A stretch of DNA of 64,000 bases from Myxococcales bacterium (GCA_037441385.1 JBBISH010000002.1:1-64000), one strand, 5' to 3'. Counted from the stretch's first letter, positions 39,122-49,703 are shown. Numbers and translations: made by a program. Notes: generated by a model not told the origin, from the sequence alone.

Positions 39122-40795
39122 TCAGCTCTGCGCGAGCACCGCCGCCGGGTCCAACCCCATCGCCCGCCGCGCCGGCCCCAGCGCGCCCAGCACCGTGCAG
39201 GCCACCGCCACCAGCACCGCCACCGGCAGCGCCCACACCGGGAAGCTGAAGAAACCGTGCGGAACCAGTGGCACATCCACCAAGAAACGCGCCGCCAAGC
39301 GGTCGACCAACTCGGCCGCGGCAAACGCCAGCCCCGAGCCGCACAGACCGCCCAGCACACCGATCGCCGCCGCCTCGCCCAGCACCAGCACCGCCACATC
39401 GGCCCGCGCCGCGCCGATGGCACGCAACACCGCGATCTCTCTACGTCGTTCGTGGACCAGCATCGCAAAGGTCTGGGCGATCTGGATCGCCGCCACCGCC
39501 AGCACCAGCGCGGCCAGCAGGATCAGCGCCAGCGACGTGACCATCACCACCGTGCCAAAAGTACGCGCGGCCCGCGACTTGCGCGACAGCTGCAGCCCCA
39601 GACGCTCGGCGGCGACGATCACCGTGGGCACGGCCTCGTTGCTCGCCGTGTCCAGCAGGATGGCGTCGTAAACCTGCGCGGTCTGGGCGTCTTTGAAGTG
39701 GGCGTTGAAGTGGCGCACCACCGACAGCGGCAGCGCCACTCCCAGCTCGGGCGCCTTGCGCGAAAACCCGATGATCTGCGCCTGCTTGATCTGCTGCCGG
39801 CTGCGGGCCGCGTCTTTGCTGAAGTACGAATCGCCCAAAATGACGTGGATGCGCACGCCGAACAGCACCGCCAGCGAGCCAATCGGCGCCGCGCCCAAGC
39901 TGCGGGCCATGTCCGAGTTGAACACCTCGAGCAAAAGCGGATTGATCACGGCCGGTAGCGGCACTTCGCAATGGCCCGAGCGGCTGTCTGGATCGTCGCT
40001 GGCGCAGTAGGTGCCGCTGGGGCAGGTCGTGCCCTCGACCGGGCAAAGACCGCTGGGACACGGCTTGGCCAACACGCCGACTTCGCCGTCGAATTGCAGA
40101 TCGCGGCCGTTACCGGGTGGATTGGGCAACAGGCAGCGCGGCAGCGCCTCGGCACCTTGGCAGAAGCCATCGACACAGGTAAGTCCATTTGGACACAGCG
40201 AAACCTGGCTGCACGGCAGGGCAATGTCGGGCATCTCGACAAAGCGGTCCGCCCAGATGATCGGCTCGCAGGCGCCGTCGCGGCAGCCCTGCCCCGAGCG
40301 GCAGTCCAGATCGACCTCGCAGCGCGCCGGCTTGGCGCGGGCCGAGTGGCGTTTCTTACTGGCGACGTCTTCGAACGTCTCGAGCTCGCTGCGGACCGTG
40401 GCCGCGGGGATCCCGTCAAAGAACGCTTCCGTGAACAGGTTGTAGCCCAGCAGCTCCTTGCCGCCCCACAGCCGCGCCGGAAACGCCGATTTCTGCTTGC
40501 CAAACGCCGCCACGACCCCCGGCAGCTTGGCGACCTGCGCGACTCGGGCGTCGTCCAGCGGCTCCTGGCCCACCACCTGCTCCACGCCAAAGAGCTGCAC
40601 GGTGCGGGCCTCGATCTCCAACTGATTGACCGGAAAGATCTTCTCCAGCACCTTCTCGCGCAGTCCCTGGCCCAGACCGACAAAAAACGTCAGCAGGCCG
40701 GTGCCGACCACGATGCCGACCATCGCCAACGCGGTGCGCACCCACGACGCGCGCAGGTTGTGGCCAATCAGGCCCAGCAAGCGGCGCAACCTCAC
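39122..40795 (-). CDS. MacB/FtsX-family ABC transporter permease with Cys-rich periplasmic insertion
   Basis: GTG 40795 overlaps the ATPase stop; RT.LA..GI..G and ERRREIAVLRAIGA; 14 Cys in the periplasmic loop. Confidence 0.85.
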   Translation of the reverse strand: MRLRRLLGLIGHNLRASWVRTALAMVGIVVGTGLLTFFVGLGQGLREKVLEKIFPVNQLEIEARTVQLFGVEQVVGQEPLDDARVAQVAKLPGVVAAFGKQKSAFPARLWGGKELLGYNLFTEAFFDGIPAATVRSELETFEDVASKKRHSARAKPARCEVDLDCRSGQGCRDGACEPIIWADRFVEMPDIALPCSQVSLCPNGLTCVDGFCQGAEALPRCLLPNPPGNGRDLQFDGEVGVLAKPCPSGLCPVEGTTCPSGTYCASDDPDSRSGHCEVPLPAVINPLLLEVFNSDMARSLGAAPIGSLAVLFGVRIHVILGDSYFSKDAARSRQQIKQAQIIGFSRKAPELGVALPLSVVRHFNAHFKDAQTAQVYDAILLDTASNEAVPTVIVAAERLGLQLSRKSRAARTFGTVVMVTSLALILLAALVLAVAAIQIAQTFAMLVHERRREIAVLRAIGAARADVAVLVLGEAAAIGVLGGLCGSGLAFAAAELVDRLAARFLVDVPLVPHGFFSFPVWALPVAVLVAVACTVLGALGPARRAMGLDPAAVLAQS

Positions 40796-41526
40796 GCGGC
40801 ACCTCCTGCGGTGGCGGTGACGACTGGGGCGCCCGTTTCTTCGCGAAGAATGCGCCCGCGATCGAGCACCACCGTGCGATCCGCCGTGGCCGCCACCGCC
40901 GGATCGTGCGTGACAATGACCAGCGCGGTGCCGTGCCGCTCGCGGCTGTCGTTCAAAATCCCCAGGATTTGCTTGGTGGTCTGGCCATCCAGGCTGCCGG
41001 TCGGCTCGTCGCACACCAGCAGCGGCGGCTCGAGCAGCAGCGCCCGGGCGATCGCCACCCGCTGCCGCTCACCGCCCGACATCTGGCTGGGCAGCTGGCG
41101 GAAGCGGTCGCCAAGCCCCAGCTCCTGCAGCAGGTTTTCGGCACGGCGCTGCACCTCGGCGGGGCTGAGCTTGGCGCCAAAACTCGCCGGCAGCATCACG
41201 TTGTCGCCCACGCTCAGGCCGGGCAACAGGTTGAAAGCCTGAAACACAAAGCCAATCTGCTGGTTGCGGAACTGCGACAGCGCCCGATCGGGCAGCTCGC
41301 GCAGCGACTGGCCCAGCACCTGCAAGTGCCCGGTGTAGCCGCGGTCTAGCGCGCCGATCAGGTTCAGCAGCGTCGACTTGCCGGCGCCCGAGCGCCCGAC
41401 CACCGCGACGAATTCACCCCGCTGCACCTGCAGATCCACGCCGTCCAAGGCACGAATCTGCCGGCCCTCGACCGCAAAAGTGCGGACCAACTGGCGGGCA
41501 TCGATGGCCAGGGGCCGACCGCTCAT
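40792..41526 (-). CDS. ABC transporter ATP-binding protein (LolD/MacB-like)
   Basis: Motifs GRSGAGKST, MSGGERQRVAIARAL, DEPTGSLD and VTHD. Confidence 0.95.
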   Translation of the reverse strand: MSGRPLAIDARQLVRTFAVEGRQIRALDGVDLQVQRGEFVAVVGRSGAGKSTLLNLIGALDRGYTGHLQVLGQSLRELPDRALSQFRNQQIGFVFQAFNLLPGLSVGDNVMLPASFGAKLSPAEVQRRAENLLQELGLGDRFRQLPSQMSGGERQRVAIARALLLEPPLLVCDEPTGSLDGQTTKQILGILNDSRERHGTALVIVTHDPAVAATADRTVVLDRGRILREETGAPVVTATAGGAA

Positions 41527-43205
41527 GGGGCCTCCCCGGCGCCGTGGACGTCGGGGCTGGCCTCGGCGTCGGCGTCGCTGGGGCGCAGGATCGCCTGCAC
41601 CACCAGAGCATCGTTCAGCAATTCGATAGTGACCGCCACGCTCGCGATCGCGCCGATGAGGCCCGTCGCATACTCGGGAACGCCGCGCCGCCGCAGCGAC
41701 CGAACCAGACGCGGGGTGGCCACCAGCAGCCCATCGCCGCGCTGCGAGCCCGCCACCAGCTGTTTTTCGCCATCGAGCGCCGCCGCCTTGTCCAAGGTTG
41801 GGAATTTGCCCTCGGCCAGCCGGCGCAGATCGTCGCCGGTGCCCTGACCGGCCAGCCAGGCCAGCGCCCGGCCGCGCTGCAGCAGCCACCACGGCGCCCC
41901 GGGACCACTTGCGGAAAAGCCACCCCAGCTGCCTTGCGTGTGCGGCAGCACTTGCTCACCGCCGCCCTGCTGGGCGCTGGCCTGCACTGCCGACCGCAGC
42001 CGATCCAGCCAACCCTTGGCCGCCGTGTCACTCTTGAACGAAGCGACTACAAACGGCCGCAGCGCCGTGTGCCAGTCCAAGCGCGGCCAAATTGCCGGGT
42101 CCAGGGGCACACTGTCGGCCACCGCCAACAGCCCAAGCGCCAACTGACCATCAAAATCGCTCAGCATTTGGCGGGCATCCACGCCGGTCAGCGCGGGGTG
42201 CAGCGCCTGCAGCGCCGTGCTGGGCAGCACCGCATTCTGCACGGGACCGGGCAGCATCGACCAAAGCGCCGGGTTGACGCGCAGGCGCAGCAGCAGCGGG
42301 GTCTCGTCGGGGAGCAGATCGCCCACCGCCAGCTCGGCGCCAGCGGGGACAAAACCGACATGATAGTCCGCCATGTCCTTGAGTTTGTCGGTGCCCGCCT
42401 CCATTCGCAAAGTCGCGCGCACGCCAGCGCTGTCGGCGCTCACGTCCAAGGTCGCCGCCTGGGTGCGCTCGATGACGCCGCCGAACACCAAGTCCGCCGG
42501 GCCCAAGGCGGCGTGACCGGCGGCCTTGGCCTGGGCCGCGAAGCCAGTGGAACCAGCCAACATCCAGCGGACATGCACACTTCCGGGCCGTTCGCCCAGG
42601 TCGCCCGGCGTCAGCTTGGCGGCCGCCAGATAGGCGTCCAGCGCGGCATCGGCCGTCTGCGCGGGCGTTGGGTCCAGCGGCAGCCGCACCAGCGCCGCGC
42701 CGTCGACATGCCAGACCCGCAAAAAATCGCTATGTTGGCCAAGCCGGTCGGCAACGGCCCAGTGGCGGCCGTGGGCATCCCCTTTGGCCGGACTGACGCC
42801 ATAGCCGCGCCGGCGCAGCTGCTCCAGCAGGTGGTCTACCCCCGCCTGCCCGGTCACCGGCACCGCCGTCCACACCGCGCCCTGCCAAAGAGTCAGCGCC
42901 AGCCCGGCGTCGGCGCGCAGGCCGGCCCGCTCCACGGCGTCCGCGTCCGAAAAATCAACCCCACTGGCGAGTTTCACGGCGTCGACCACACCGCCCAGAC
43001 CCTGCACGCGGGCGGCCAGCGCGTGCGCGCCGGTGGCCACCTCGCCCAAAGGCGCTGTCCACACCTGGACTTCCGCGTCCTTGGGCAACCAGGCAGCCGC
43101 CTGCCACGGCGAGCGACGCACGGCATCGCCGAGCCACCACCAGGCCAGCAGCGCCAGCAGGGCCAGTCCCGCGCCGCCCAGCAGCCAGCGGACCCTGGGG
43201 GTCAT
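41523..43205 (-). CDS. Hypothetical membrane-anchored protein
   Basis: N-terminal TM segment; translationally coupled (ATGA overlaps) to wecB and the ATPase. Confidence 0.75.
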   Translation of the reverse strand: MTPRVRWLLGGAGLALLALLAWWWLGDAVRRSPWQAAAWLPKDAEVQVWTAPLGEVATGAHALAARVQGLGGVVDAVKLASGVDFSDADAVERAGLRADAGLALTLWQGAVWTAVPVTGQAGVDHLLEQLRRRGYGVSPAKGDAHGRHWAVADRLGQHSDFLRVWHVDGAALVRLPLDPTPAQTADAALDAYLAAAKLTPGDLGERPGSVHVRWMLAGSTGFAAQAKAAGHAALGPADLVFGGVIERTQAATLDVSADSAGVRATLRMEAGTDKLKDMADYHVGFVPAGAELAVGDLLPDETPLLLRLRVNPALWSMLPGPVQNAVLPSTALQALHPALTGVDARQMLSDFDGQLALGLLAVADSVPLDPAIWPRLDWHTALRPFVVASFKSDTAAKGWLDRLRSAVQASAQQGGGEQVLPHTQGSWGGFSASGPGAPWWLLQRGRALAWLAGQGTGDDLRRLAEGKFPTLDKAAALDGEKQLVAGSQRGDGLLVATPRLVRSLRRRGVPEYATGLIGAIASVAVTIELLNDALVVQAILRPSDADAEASPDVHGAGEAP

Positions 43206-44314
43206 TGCGCAGAGGCCTCGAGGAGCGTGCCAAAGCCGGCCTGCACCACGTCAGCAATGCGCTCGGCGGCCTTGCCGTCCCATTTGTCGGGCACGCGCCC
43301 GGCCTTGCCGCCGGTCGCAAGGATGTCTGCCACGGCGGGGCCCAGCTTGGCCGGGTCCACGCCCAGCAGCGTGTTGGTGCCCTCGCTGATGGTAATGGGC
43401 CGCTCCGTGTTCGCCCGCAGCGTCAGGCACGGCACGCCCAGCGCGGTGGTTTCCTCTTGAATGCCGCCCGAGTCCGTGACCACCAGCTTGGCCTGCGCCA
43501 TGGTGCCCAAGAACTGCAGGTAGCCCATCGGCTCCACCAGCTTGACGCCGCGGGGAACAGCCAAACCGGCATCTTCCATACGCTTTTGCGTGCGCGGATG
43601 GATCGGAAACAGCACCGGCAGCTGCGCCGACATCTCGCCCAATCCGGCCACCAGCTTGGCCAGTTGCGCCGGGTCGTCCACGTTCGACGGCCGGTGCAGC
43701 GTCGCCACCGCGTAGCCCTTGGCCGCCAGCCCCAGCTCCAGCCACGGTTGCAGCGCCAAAGCCCGCTCCAAGTGCGTGCGCAGGCTGTCGATCATGCAGT
43801 TGCCCACAAAGCGGATCCGCCAGTCGGCAATGCCCTCGGCCTTCAGGTTGGCGTCGCCGTCCGGGCTGGGGGTCAGCAGCAGGTCCGAGGCGTGATCGGT
43901 CAGCACCCGGTTGATCTCTTCGGGCATCGCCCAATCGCGCGATCGCAGGCCGGCTTCGATGTGGCCCACCGCGGCGCCCAGCTTGCTCGCCACCAGCGCG
44001 CAGGCGATCGTCGAATTGACGTCGCCCGCCACCAGCACCAGCTCGGGCTGAAACGCCAGGCAGTCTTGCTCAAAAAGCGTCAGAATTTTCGCCGTTTGCT
44101 CGGCGTGGCTGCCCGAACCGACGCCCAAGAACGCGTCGGGCCGGGGCATCCCCAGATCGTCAAAGAAGATCTGCGACATCTTGGCGTCGTAGTGCTGGCC
44201 GGTATGGACCAGGCGGACGTCCAGGCCGCGCGCGCGCAGCGCCAAGTACACTGGCGCCACCTTCATGAAGTTGGGGCGTGCGCCCACGACACACGTGATC
44301 TTGGTCGGTTTCAA
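43202..44314 (-). CDS. wecB: UDP-N-acetylglucosamine 2-epimerase (non-hydrolysing)
   Basis: Motifs GARPNFMK, TGQHYD, HIEAGLRS, PEEINR and DSGGIQEE; TTG start. Confidence 0.95.
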   Translation of the reverse strand: MKPTKITCVVGARPNFMKVAPVYLALRARGLDVRLVHTGQHYDAKMSQIFFDDLGMPRPDAFLGVGSGSHAEQTAKILTLFEQDCLAFQPELVLVAGDVNSTIACALVASKLGAAVGHIEAGLRSRDWAMPEEINRVLTDHASDLLLTPSPDGDANLKAEGIADWRIRFVGNCMIDSLRTHLERALALQPWLELGLAAKGYAVATLHRPSNVDDPAQLAKLVAGLGEMSAQLPVLFPIHPRTQKRMEDAGLAVPRGVKLVEPMGYLQFLGTMAQAKLVVTDSGGIQEETTALGVPCLTLRANTERPITISEGTNTLLGVDPAKLGPAVADILATGGKAGRVPDKWDGKAAERIADVVQAGFGTLLEASAQ

Positions 44315-44326
44315 AGTACTCTCCCG

Positions 44327-45331
44327 CTAGCGTTTGCGTCCGCGGCGGCTGGGTGGCGGCAAACCAGGCGAGCGCTCGCTCCTACCGGTCGGTGCCGCGG
44401 GTCGTCGGCCGCGTGAAGGCTTCTTGGGTGGTGGCAAACTATCGATCGGCAAGGATTTCTTGGCCAGCTGCCCGCGCCCTGCCCCGCGCCGCTGCGGCGT
44501 ATCGCTGGGTCCCGGCCCGGTCGACAATCCGGGCGCCTTGGCCGCCTTGCGCCGCGGGTCGGGCGGCAGCTCAAAGGCGCCGATGTGGCCGCGCGTACGC
44601 AGCTGCTCGATCTCGTTGTCTTCCAGGGTCTTCCACTGCCCCAGCGCCAGCCCTGCCGCAGTCACGCCGGCAAACGACACGCGCCGCAGCCGCACCACCG
44701 GGTGGCCCACGCGCTCGAGCAGGCGGCGCACTTCGCGATTGCGGCCCTCGGTCAACGTCAAGCGCAGCCAAGCGTTGCTCTCGGTCTGCTTGACCAGGTC
44801 GACCTGCTCGGCGCGCGCCGGCCCGTCTTCCAGGCGCACCCCTTGCCGCAGCCGCGCCAAGGTCTCTTCCGTCGGAATGCCGCGCACACGGGCTTCGTAC
44901 ACGCGCTGCACCGCGTAGCGGGCGTGGCCCAGGCGCTCGGCCAGGTCGCCGTCGTTGGTGAACAGCAGCACGCCTTCTGTATTGAAGTCCAAGCGACCGA
45001 TCGAACGCAGCGCCTGATCCTTGGGCACCAGGTGATAGACCAGCGGTCGGCCTTCGGGATCGCTGGCCGCGCACAAGAAGCCGACCGGCTTGTTCAGCAC
45101 GAGCAGCAGGCGCTTGGCGGGCATCTTGAGGCGCTCGCCGTCCAGCCGAACCTCGTCGCCAAACGGGTCCACGCGCACGCCCAGTTGGTCGGCCACGTTG
45201 CCGTTGATTTCCACCCGCCCTTGGACGATCAGCTCCTCGGCCGCGCGGCGCGAGGCAATTCCGCAGCGCGACAGGAACTTCTGCAGGCGTTCGCCGCTCT
45301 TGGGTGGTTTGGCAGGGGTCGATCGGGTCAT
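44327..45331 (-). CDS. rluB: RsuA/RluB-family rRNA pseudouridine synthase with S4 domain
   Basis: Motifs RLQKFL..CGIASRR, GRLD..TEG.LLFTNDG and EGRNREVRR. Confidence 0.85.
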   Translation of the reverse strand: MTRSTPAKPPKSGERLQKFLSRCGIASRRAAEELIVQGRVEINGNVADQLGVRVDPFGDEVRLDGERLKMPAKRLLLVLNKPVGFLCAASDPEGRPLVYHLVPKDQALRSIGRLDFNTEGVLLFTNDGDLAERLGHARYAVQRVYEARVRGIPTEETLARLRQGVRLEDGPARAEQVDLVKQTESNAWLRLTLTEGRNREVRRLLERVGHPVVRLRRVSFAGVTAAGLALGQWKTLEDNEIEQLRTRGHIGAFELPPDPRRKAAKAPGLSTGPGPSDTPQRRGAGRGQLAKKSLPIDSLPPPKKPSRGRRPAAPTGRSERSPGLPPPSRRGRKR

Positions 45332-45530
45332 GGCCAGCTCCGGAGCAAAGCGCGGTAGTATCGCCGGCCTGCGCGGGCCTGTCCACTGTTGCATCGGCCG
45401 TAGGCTCGCCTTCCCACCTGGACTGCCGCGGCCCAAGTCCGCGTCCGGCCCCAGCTATCCGCCTCGGCGGTTGGCGGCGCGCGGTTGCCTGCTATGCTTG
45501 GGGGCCGCCCATGCGGTCTGTGAGTCGCCC

Positions 45531-46040
45531 ATGTCCGTCCGCGAGGCCGCTTCGGCGGACCCAGCTGTTCAGCTAGTCCAGCAATTCTACAGCGCCTTTG
45601 CCCGCCGCGATGGGGCAGCAATGGCCGCGCTCTATGCGCCCGACGCGGTGTTCAGCGACGGCGCTTTCGGCACCCTCAGCGGTGTCGACGCCGGCCGCAT
45701 GTGGCAGATGTTGTGCCAACAAGGCAAGGACTTGCGGGTGGTGCTCGACCGCGCCGAGCGGGCCACCGATCGCGACGGTCGAGCGCAGGTCAGCGCGCAA
45801 TGGACGGCGCACTATACGTTTTCGGCGACAGGTCGGCCGGTCGTCAACGTCATCCAGGCCACCTTGTTCGTTGATCTGGCGCGCGGCCTGATCGTCGAGC
45901 ATCGCGACGTGTTCCCCTTCTGGCGCTGGTCGCGGCAGGCGCTGGGTCCGATCGGGCTGCTGATGGGCTGGTCGGGGTGGCTGCAGGGCCAGGTGCGGGG
46001 GCGCGCGCTCAAGTCGCTGGCGCAGTGGAAGCCCGCATAA
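45531..46040 (+). CDS. NTF2/SnoaL-like protein
   Basis: Motifs FY.AF..RD...M..LY, MW.ML, WTAHYTFS.TGR.V.N and H.D.F..W.W.RQALG. Confidence 0.85.
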   Translation: MSVREAASADPAVQLVQQFYSAFARRDGAAMAALYAPDAVFSDGAFGTLSGVDAGRMWQMLCQQGKDLRVVLDRAERATDRDGRAQVSAQWTAHYTFSATGRPVVNVIQATLFVDLARGLIVEHRDVFPFWRWSRQALGPIGLLMGWSGWLQGQVRGRALKSLAQWKPA

Positions 46041-46047
46041 GCGAAAG

Positions 46048-47667
46048 CTATTTTGGTGCGACCGTGCGCCGCTTGCGCCGCTGCCAGCCCAGCCACGCCA
46101 CGCAACTCAGCGTCGCCAGCCACAGCGGCAGGTCGCCCCACAGCCGATAGGGGCTACTGAGATCCGCCAGCTTGACCTCTGCCCGCACCGCTGTGGCCTC
46201 GCCCACGCGCGTCTCGCCCAAGAAGCGCCCGGCCGCATCGGTCCAGGCGGTGATACCCGACACGGTGCTGCGCAAGAGCGGCCGCCGCAGCTCCACCGCG
46301 CGCGCCTGTTGCACCATCAGGTGCAGTTCGCCAGCGGGCGGCGGACCGAACCACAGGTCGTTGGTCAGGTTGACCAGCACTTGCGCGTCGCCCAGCTCGC
46401 TGCGCAAGAACTCAGAAAACAGCGCCTCGTAGCAGATGTTCACCAGCACCTGGGCGCGGCCGAGCTGCACCAGGCCCGATGTCGCTCCCGGCGCAAACTC
46501 CGAGATGCCTTCGATGGCGCCTTTGAGCTGCGGAAACAGCCCCGTGCCCGGCAGGTACTCGCCAAAGGCCAGCAGAATCCGCTTGTCGTACGTCCAGCGT
46601 TCGCCGTCCGAACCCAGGACCAGCGCGGAGTTGTGCCCCGGATCGCGCCACAAGGGGTCGCGATGCCGCAGCGATCCCGTGAGCAGCGGCACCGGCAGGC
46701 TCTGGGCAAACGCAAGCAGCCGCGCCTTGCCCTGGAGCGCCGCCTTGCTCGCCTTGGTGGGCTGTTTGGCCGCGGTCGGCCGCACATCGTCGGCCACCCA
46801 AAACAGCGGATAGGCACCTTCGGGCCAGATCACCGCGTCGGCATTGCGCAATTGACCCGCCGCCTCGGCTTGTTTGGTCAGTTGCTCCAGGCGATCCAGC
46901 ATCGGCCAGCGCTGCGCGGCTTGTTTGGCGCGTTTCTCTTCCAACGTGGCATTGTGCTGCACCATGACCGCCGCAAACTGCCCCGTCGCGGGCGCGGCGT
47001 CCACCTGCGCCAAGCGCATCGCCCCGTAGCCCGCCCACGACGCCAGCAGCCCCAAGGCCAAGCCCAGCGGCCGCCAATTGCGATCCAGCCACGCCCGCAC
47101 CAGCAGGCTGGTCACCGCCACCGCCGCCGCCGACACGCCGATCACGCCGACCACGTCGGCCAACTGCATCCACAGCGGCTGACGGAACAGCACGTTGCCC
47201 AGGTACCAGCGGAACAGCCACGGCAAGGCGAACTCGCACACCGCCAGCAGCAGCGCCGTCTGCCCAGCCCGAGGCAGCGCCCGCCGTCCCGGAACTGCGG
47301 TCGCCGCCACCAGTGCCGCAAAGAGCGCTTGATGCAGCCCCATCGCCGCCGCGTGCAGAACCACCACAACCCAACCCACTAGATAGGGCAACCCGCTCAT
47401 CTCGCGCAGGGTGTAGGCCAAGAACGCAAATACGCCGCCATGCAGCACGGTGCCCGCCAGCCAACCCGCGCCAAAGGCTCGCCGCCAGCTTGGGCGATCG
47501 GCCTCGATCCACCCCAGCAGCGGGCCGTAGCCCAGCCACACCAGCGGCCACCAGCCCAGCGAGGGATAGGCCGCCCACAGCAGCACGCCGCTGGCCAGCC
47601 CAAACGCCCACCCGCGCCAGGCTGCTGGTCTCGGTCGGGCGGCTGGCATGGTCGCACTCTCAGACAT
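46048..47667 (-). CDS. lnt: Apolipoprotein N-acyltransferase
   Basis: TM region plus nitrilase triad motifs WPE, YDK..L..FGEY.P and ICYE; NLTND.WF. Confidence 0.92.
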   Translation of the reverse strand: MSESATMPAARPRPAAWRGWAFGLASGVLLWAAYPSLGWWPLVWLGYGPLLGWIEADRPSWRRAFGAGWLAGTVLHGGVFAFLAYTLREMSGLPYLVGWVVVVLHAAAMGLHQALFAALVAATAVPGRRALPRAGQTALLLAVCEFALPWLFRWYLGNVLFRQPLWMQLADVVGVIGVSAAAVAVTSLLVRAWLDRNWRPLGLALGLLASWAGYGAMRLAQVDAAPATGQFAAVMVQHNATLEEKRAKQAAQRWPMLDRLEQLTKQAEAAGQLRNADAVIWPEGAYPLFWVADDVRPTAAKQPTKASKAALQGKARLLAFAQSLPVPLLTGSLRHRDPLWRDPGHNSALVLGSDGERWTYDKRILLAFGEYLPGTGLFPQLKGAIEGISEFAPGATSGLVQLGRAQVLVNICYEALFSEFLRSELGDAQVLVNLTNDLWFGPPPAGELHLMVQQARAVELRRPLLRSTVSGITAWTDAAGRFLGETRVGEATAVRAEVKLADLSSPYRLWGDLPLWLATLSCVAWLGWQRRKRRTVAPK

Positions 47668-47753
47668 CGACTAGACTCTCGGCTACCGACCTGCCGGTGC
47701 CGCCGCGAGTCTGGCCGAGGCGGCGCTGGCCGGCAAGTCCAAGCCGAGGCGCG

Positions 47754-48410
47754 GTGCGACGCGTATTCCTGTTTACCGAGCTCGGCGAGCAGTCCCCGGC
47801 CAAGCGCAGCCTTGCGGCCCTGCCGGTGGCGCTGACCACGCGGGTGCTGCGCGGCACTTACCTGGACTGCCCGATCGCCCTGCCGCCCGATATGGTCGTC
47901 TTGGAGCCGGCGCCCCTGCGCCCCGTCGAGCCGCTGGGCGCGCTGCTGGCCAACCACCCGGTGCTGGCGCGCGTGCCCTGGTTGGTGGTCCTGGACCCCG
48001 ACAACGTGCACGTGGCCTCGGGTCTGACCTGCACTGATTTCGTGTTGCGCGGTTTCGCCACCCAAGAGCTGTCGGTCCGGGTCGAGCGGCTGGTGGCGCA
48101 GCGGCGAGTGCGCGAAAGTGCGCTGCGCTCGGGTGCCTTGTCGCTGGACCTCCAGGCGCGCGTGGCCTACCTGGATGGCAGCAATCTCAGCCTCACGCCC
48201 CAGGAATTCGCGCTCCTTCGCTACCTGGTGCAAAACGCCGAACGGGCGCTGTCGCGCGAGCAGTTGCTGCAACGCGTCTGGGGCGATGCCTACAACGGCA
48301 CGGCGCGCACCATCGACATCCACGTGCGGCGTCTGCGGGCCGCCTTGGGCAACGAAGCCGGTCGCCTGCAGACTGTCCGCCACGTTGGCTACCGCTGGCT
48401 CGGCACGTGA
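47754..48410 (+). CDS. OmpR/PhoB-type winged-helix regulator with degenerate receiver domain
   Basis: Motifs LTPQEFALL, SREQLL..VWG, RTIDIHVRRLR and TVRHVGY. N-terminus lacks canonical DD/D/K residues. GTG start is inferred. Confidence 0.8.
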   Translation: MRRVFLFTELGEQSPAKRSLAALPVALTTRVLRGTYLDCPIALPPDMVVLEPAPLRPVEPLGALLANHPVLARVPWLVVLDPDNVHVASGLTCTDFVLRGFATQELSVRVERLVAQRRVRESALRSGALSLDLQARVAYLDGSNLSLTPQEFALLRYLVQNAERALSREQLLQRVWGDAYNGTARTIDIHVRRLRAALGNEAGRLQTVRHVGYRWLGT

Positions 48411-48636
48411 CCGCCGCAGCCTTGCCGCACGGGTGAAATCGCACCAATCCCTGGGAAAAACACCCGCACCATCCCGGCCCCAACCCGGATTCCTCCCTGC
48501 AACTCCAGTCGTTGTCGGCGTTCCACCACGTGGCTCCTGTGGCCCGCTGGCGCTTGGCACGACCTATGCAGCGCGTAGTAACCGAGTGGCGTCCGCGAGT
48601 TGCGAAGCAAGCCGCACACGCCCCAGGAGGTAGGCT

Positions 48637-49083
48637 ATGAGATACATCCCTTGGAGGCTCCTGGCAGTGGTCTTCTTCCTCTGCCCCGCGTGTGACTCCA
48701 CGACGCCTGCCGCGGAGACACCCACGCATACAACCGAAGGCACCATCCGCTTTGCCACGCCCTACGCGGGCACCGTGGCCCTGTCTCCGGACTTCAAGCT
48801 GCCGCCGCTGTCCCCCGGCGGGCCAGTCCCCGAGCAATGCAAGGCCGATGGGCAATGCGCGCTGTGGTCCGGACTCTGCATGGAAGCGCACTGCGTCCGC
48901 GGAGCGTGCGTGCGCAGCATCGTTGCCGACGGCGCCGCTTGCGAAGACTTCGACAAATGCACCGTCGCCACCACCTGCCACCAGGGCCAGTGCCAAGGCG
49001 TCGACACATGCGTCGAAGTGCCCGACTACTGGCCGTTCTACCCAGTGCCGCCGTATCCGCTCGACCCCGAGCAGCCGCGGTAG
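48637..49083 (+). CDS. Small Cys-rich lipoprotein
   Basis: Strong AGGAGG RBS, lipobox-like CPAC, Cys-rich C-terminal half. Confidence 0.7.
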   Translation: MRYIPWRLLAVVFFLCPACDSTTPAAETPTHTTEGTIRFATPYAGTVALSPDFKLPPLSPGGPVPEQCKADGQCALWSGLCMEAHCVRGACVRSIVADGAACEDFDKCTVATTCHQGQCQGVDTCVEVPDYWPFYPVPPYPLDPEQPR

Positions 49084-49248
49084 CACGAAGACGCGGGCCC
49101 GCAGGGGCAGCCGTTCGGCGCAGGGCAATCGTCCGTTCGCAGCTGCTCTTGCGGGCCGCAGGATTCCAAAGAACCCCGGCGCGGACGCCAAGCCATCTCG
49201 GAGTTTCCCAGCCGATTCCAGCGGATTTCAAACTTGGCCCACAAACGA

Positions 49249-49280
49249 CAAAAGCCCAGACCTTGCGGTCCAGGCTTTTG
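49249..49280 (-). terminator. Intrinsic terminator after rplQ
   Basis: Minus strand CAAAAGCCTGGACC-GCAA-GGTCTGGGCTTTTG followed by TCGTTTG. Confidence 0.75.
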
Positions 49281-49352
49281 CCCGATTGCAGCGACTCGTT
49301 CTACCGCACCGATCCCGCAACGCATCCGCGCGGCGACACCGCCGTGGCGGAA

Positions 49353-49703
49353 CTAGACGAACTCGATGATCGCCATTTCGGCGGCATCGCCCGAGCGCGC
49401 ACCGGTCTTGAGCACGCGGGTGTAGCCACCCGGCCGACCGGCAAACCTCGGCGCCAGCTCGTTGAACAGCTTGGTCACCAAGCCGTTGTCGCGCAGCTCG
49501 GCGAACACCAAGCGGCGGTGGTGGATCGAATCGTCCTTGGCCATGGTGACCATCGGCTCGATCACCGTGCGCAGCTCTTTGGCCTTGGCGATGGTGGTGG
49601 CGATGCGACCATGGTTGATGAGCGACTTGCACAGGTTCCGCAACATCGACCGGCGGTGCGAGGTCTCCCGGCCCAGCCGGCGACCACTGACTTTGTGACG
49701 CAT
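49353..49703 (-). CDS. rplQ: 50S ribosomal protein L17
   Basis: MRHKV..RRLGR and RPGGYTR; position after rpoA. Confidence 0.98.
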   Translation of the reverse strand: MRHKVSGRRLGRETSHRRSMLRNLCKSLINHGRIATTIAKAKELRTVIEPMVTMAKDDSIHHRRLVFAELRDNGLVTKLFNELAPRFAGRPGGYTRVLKTGARSGDAAEMAIIEFV

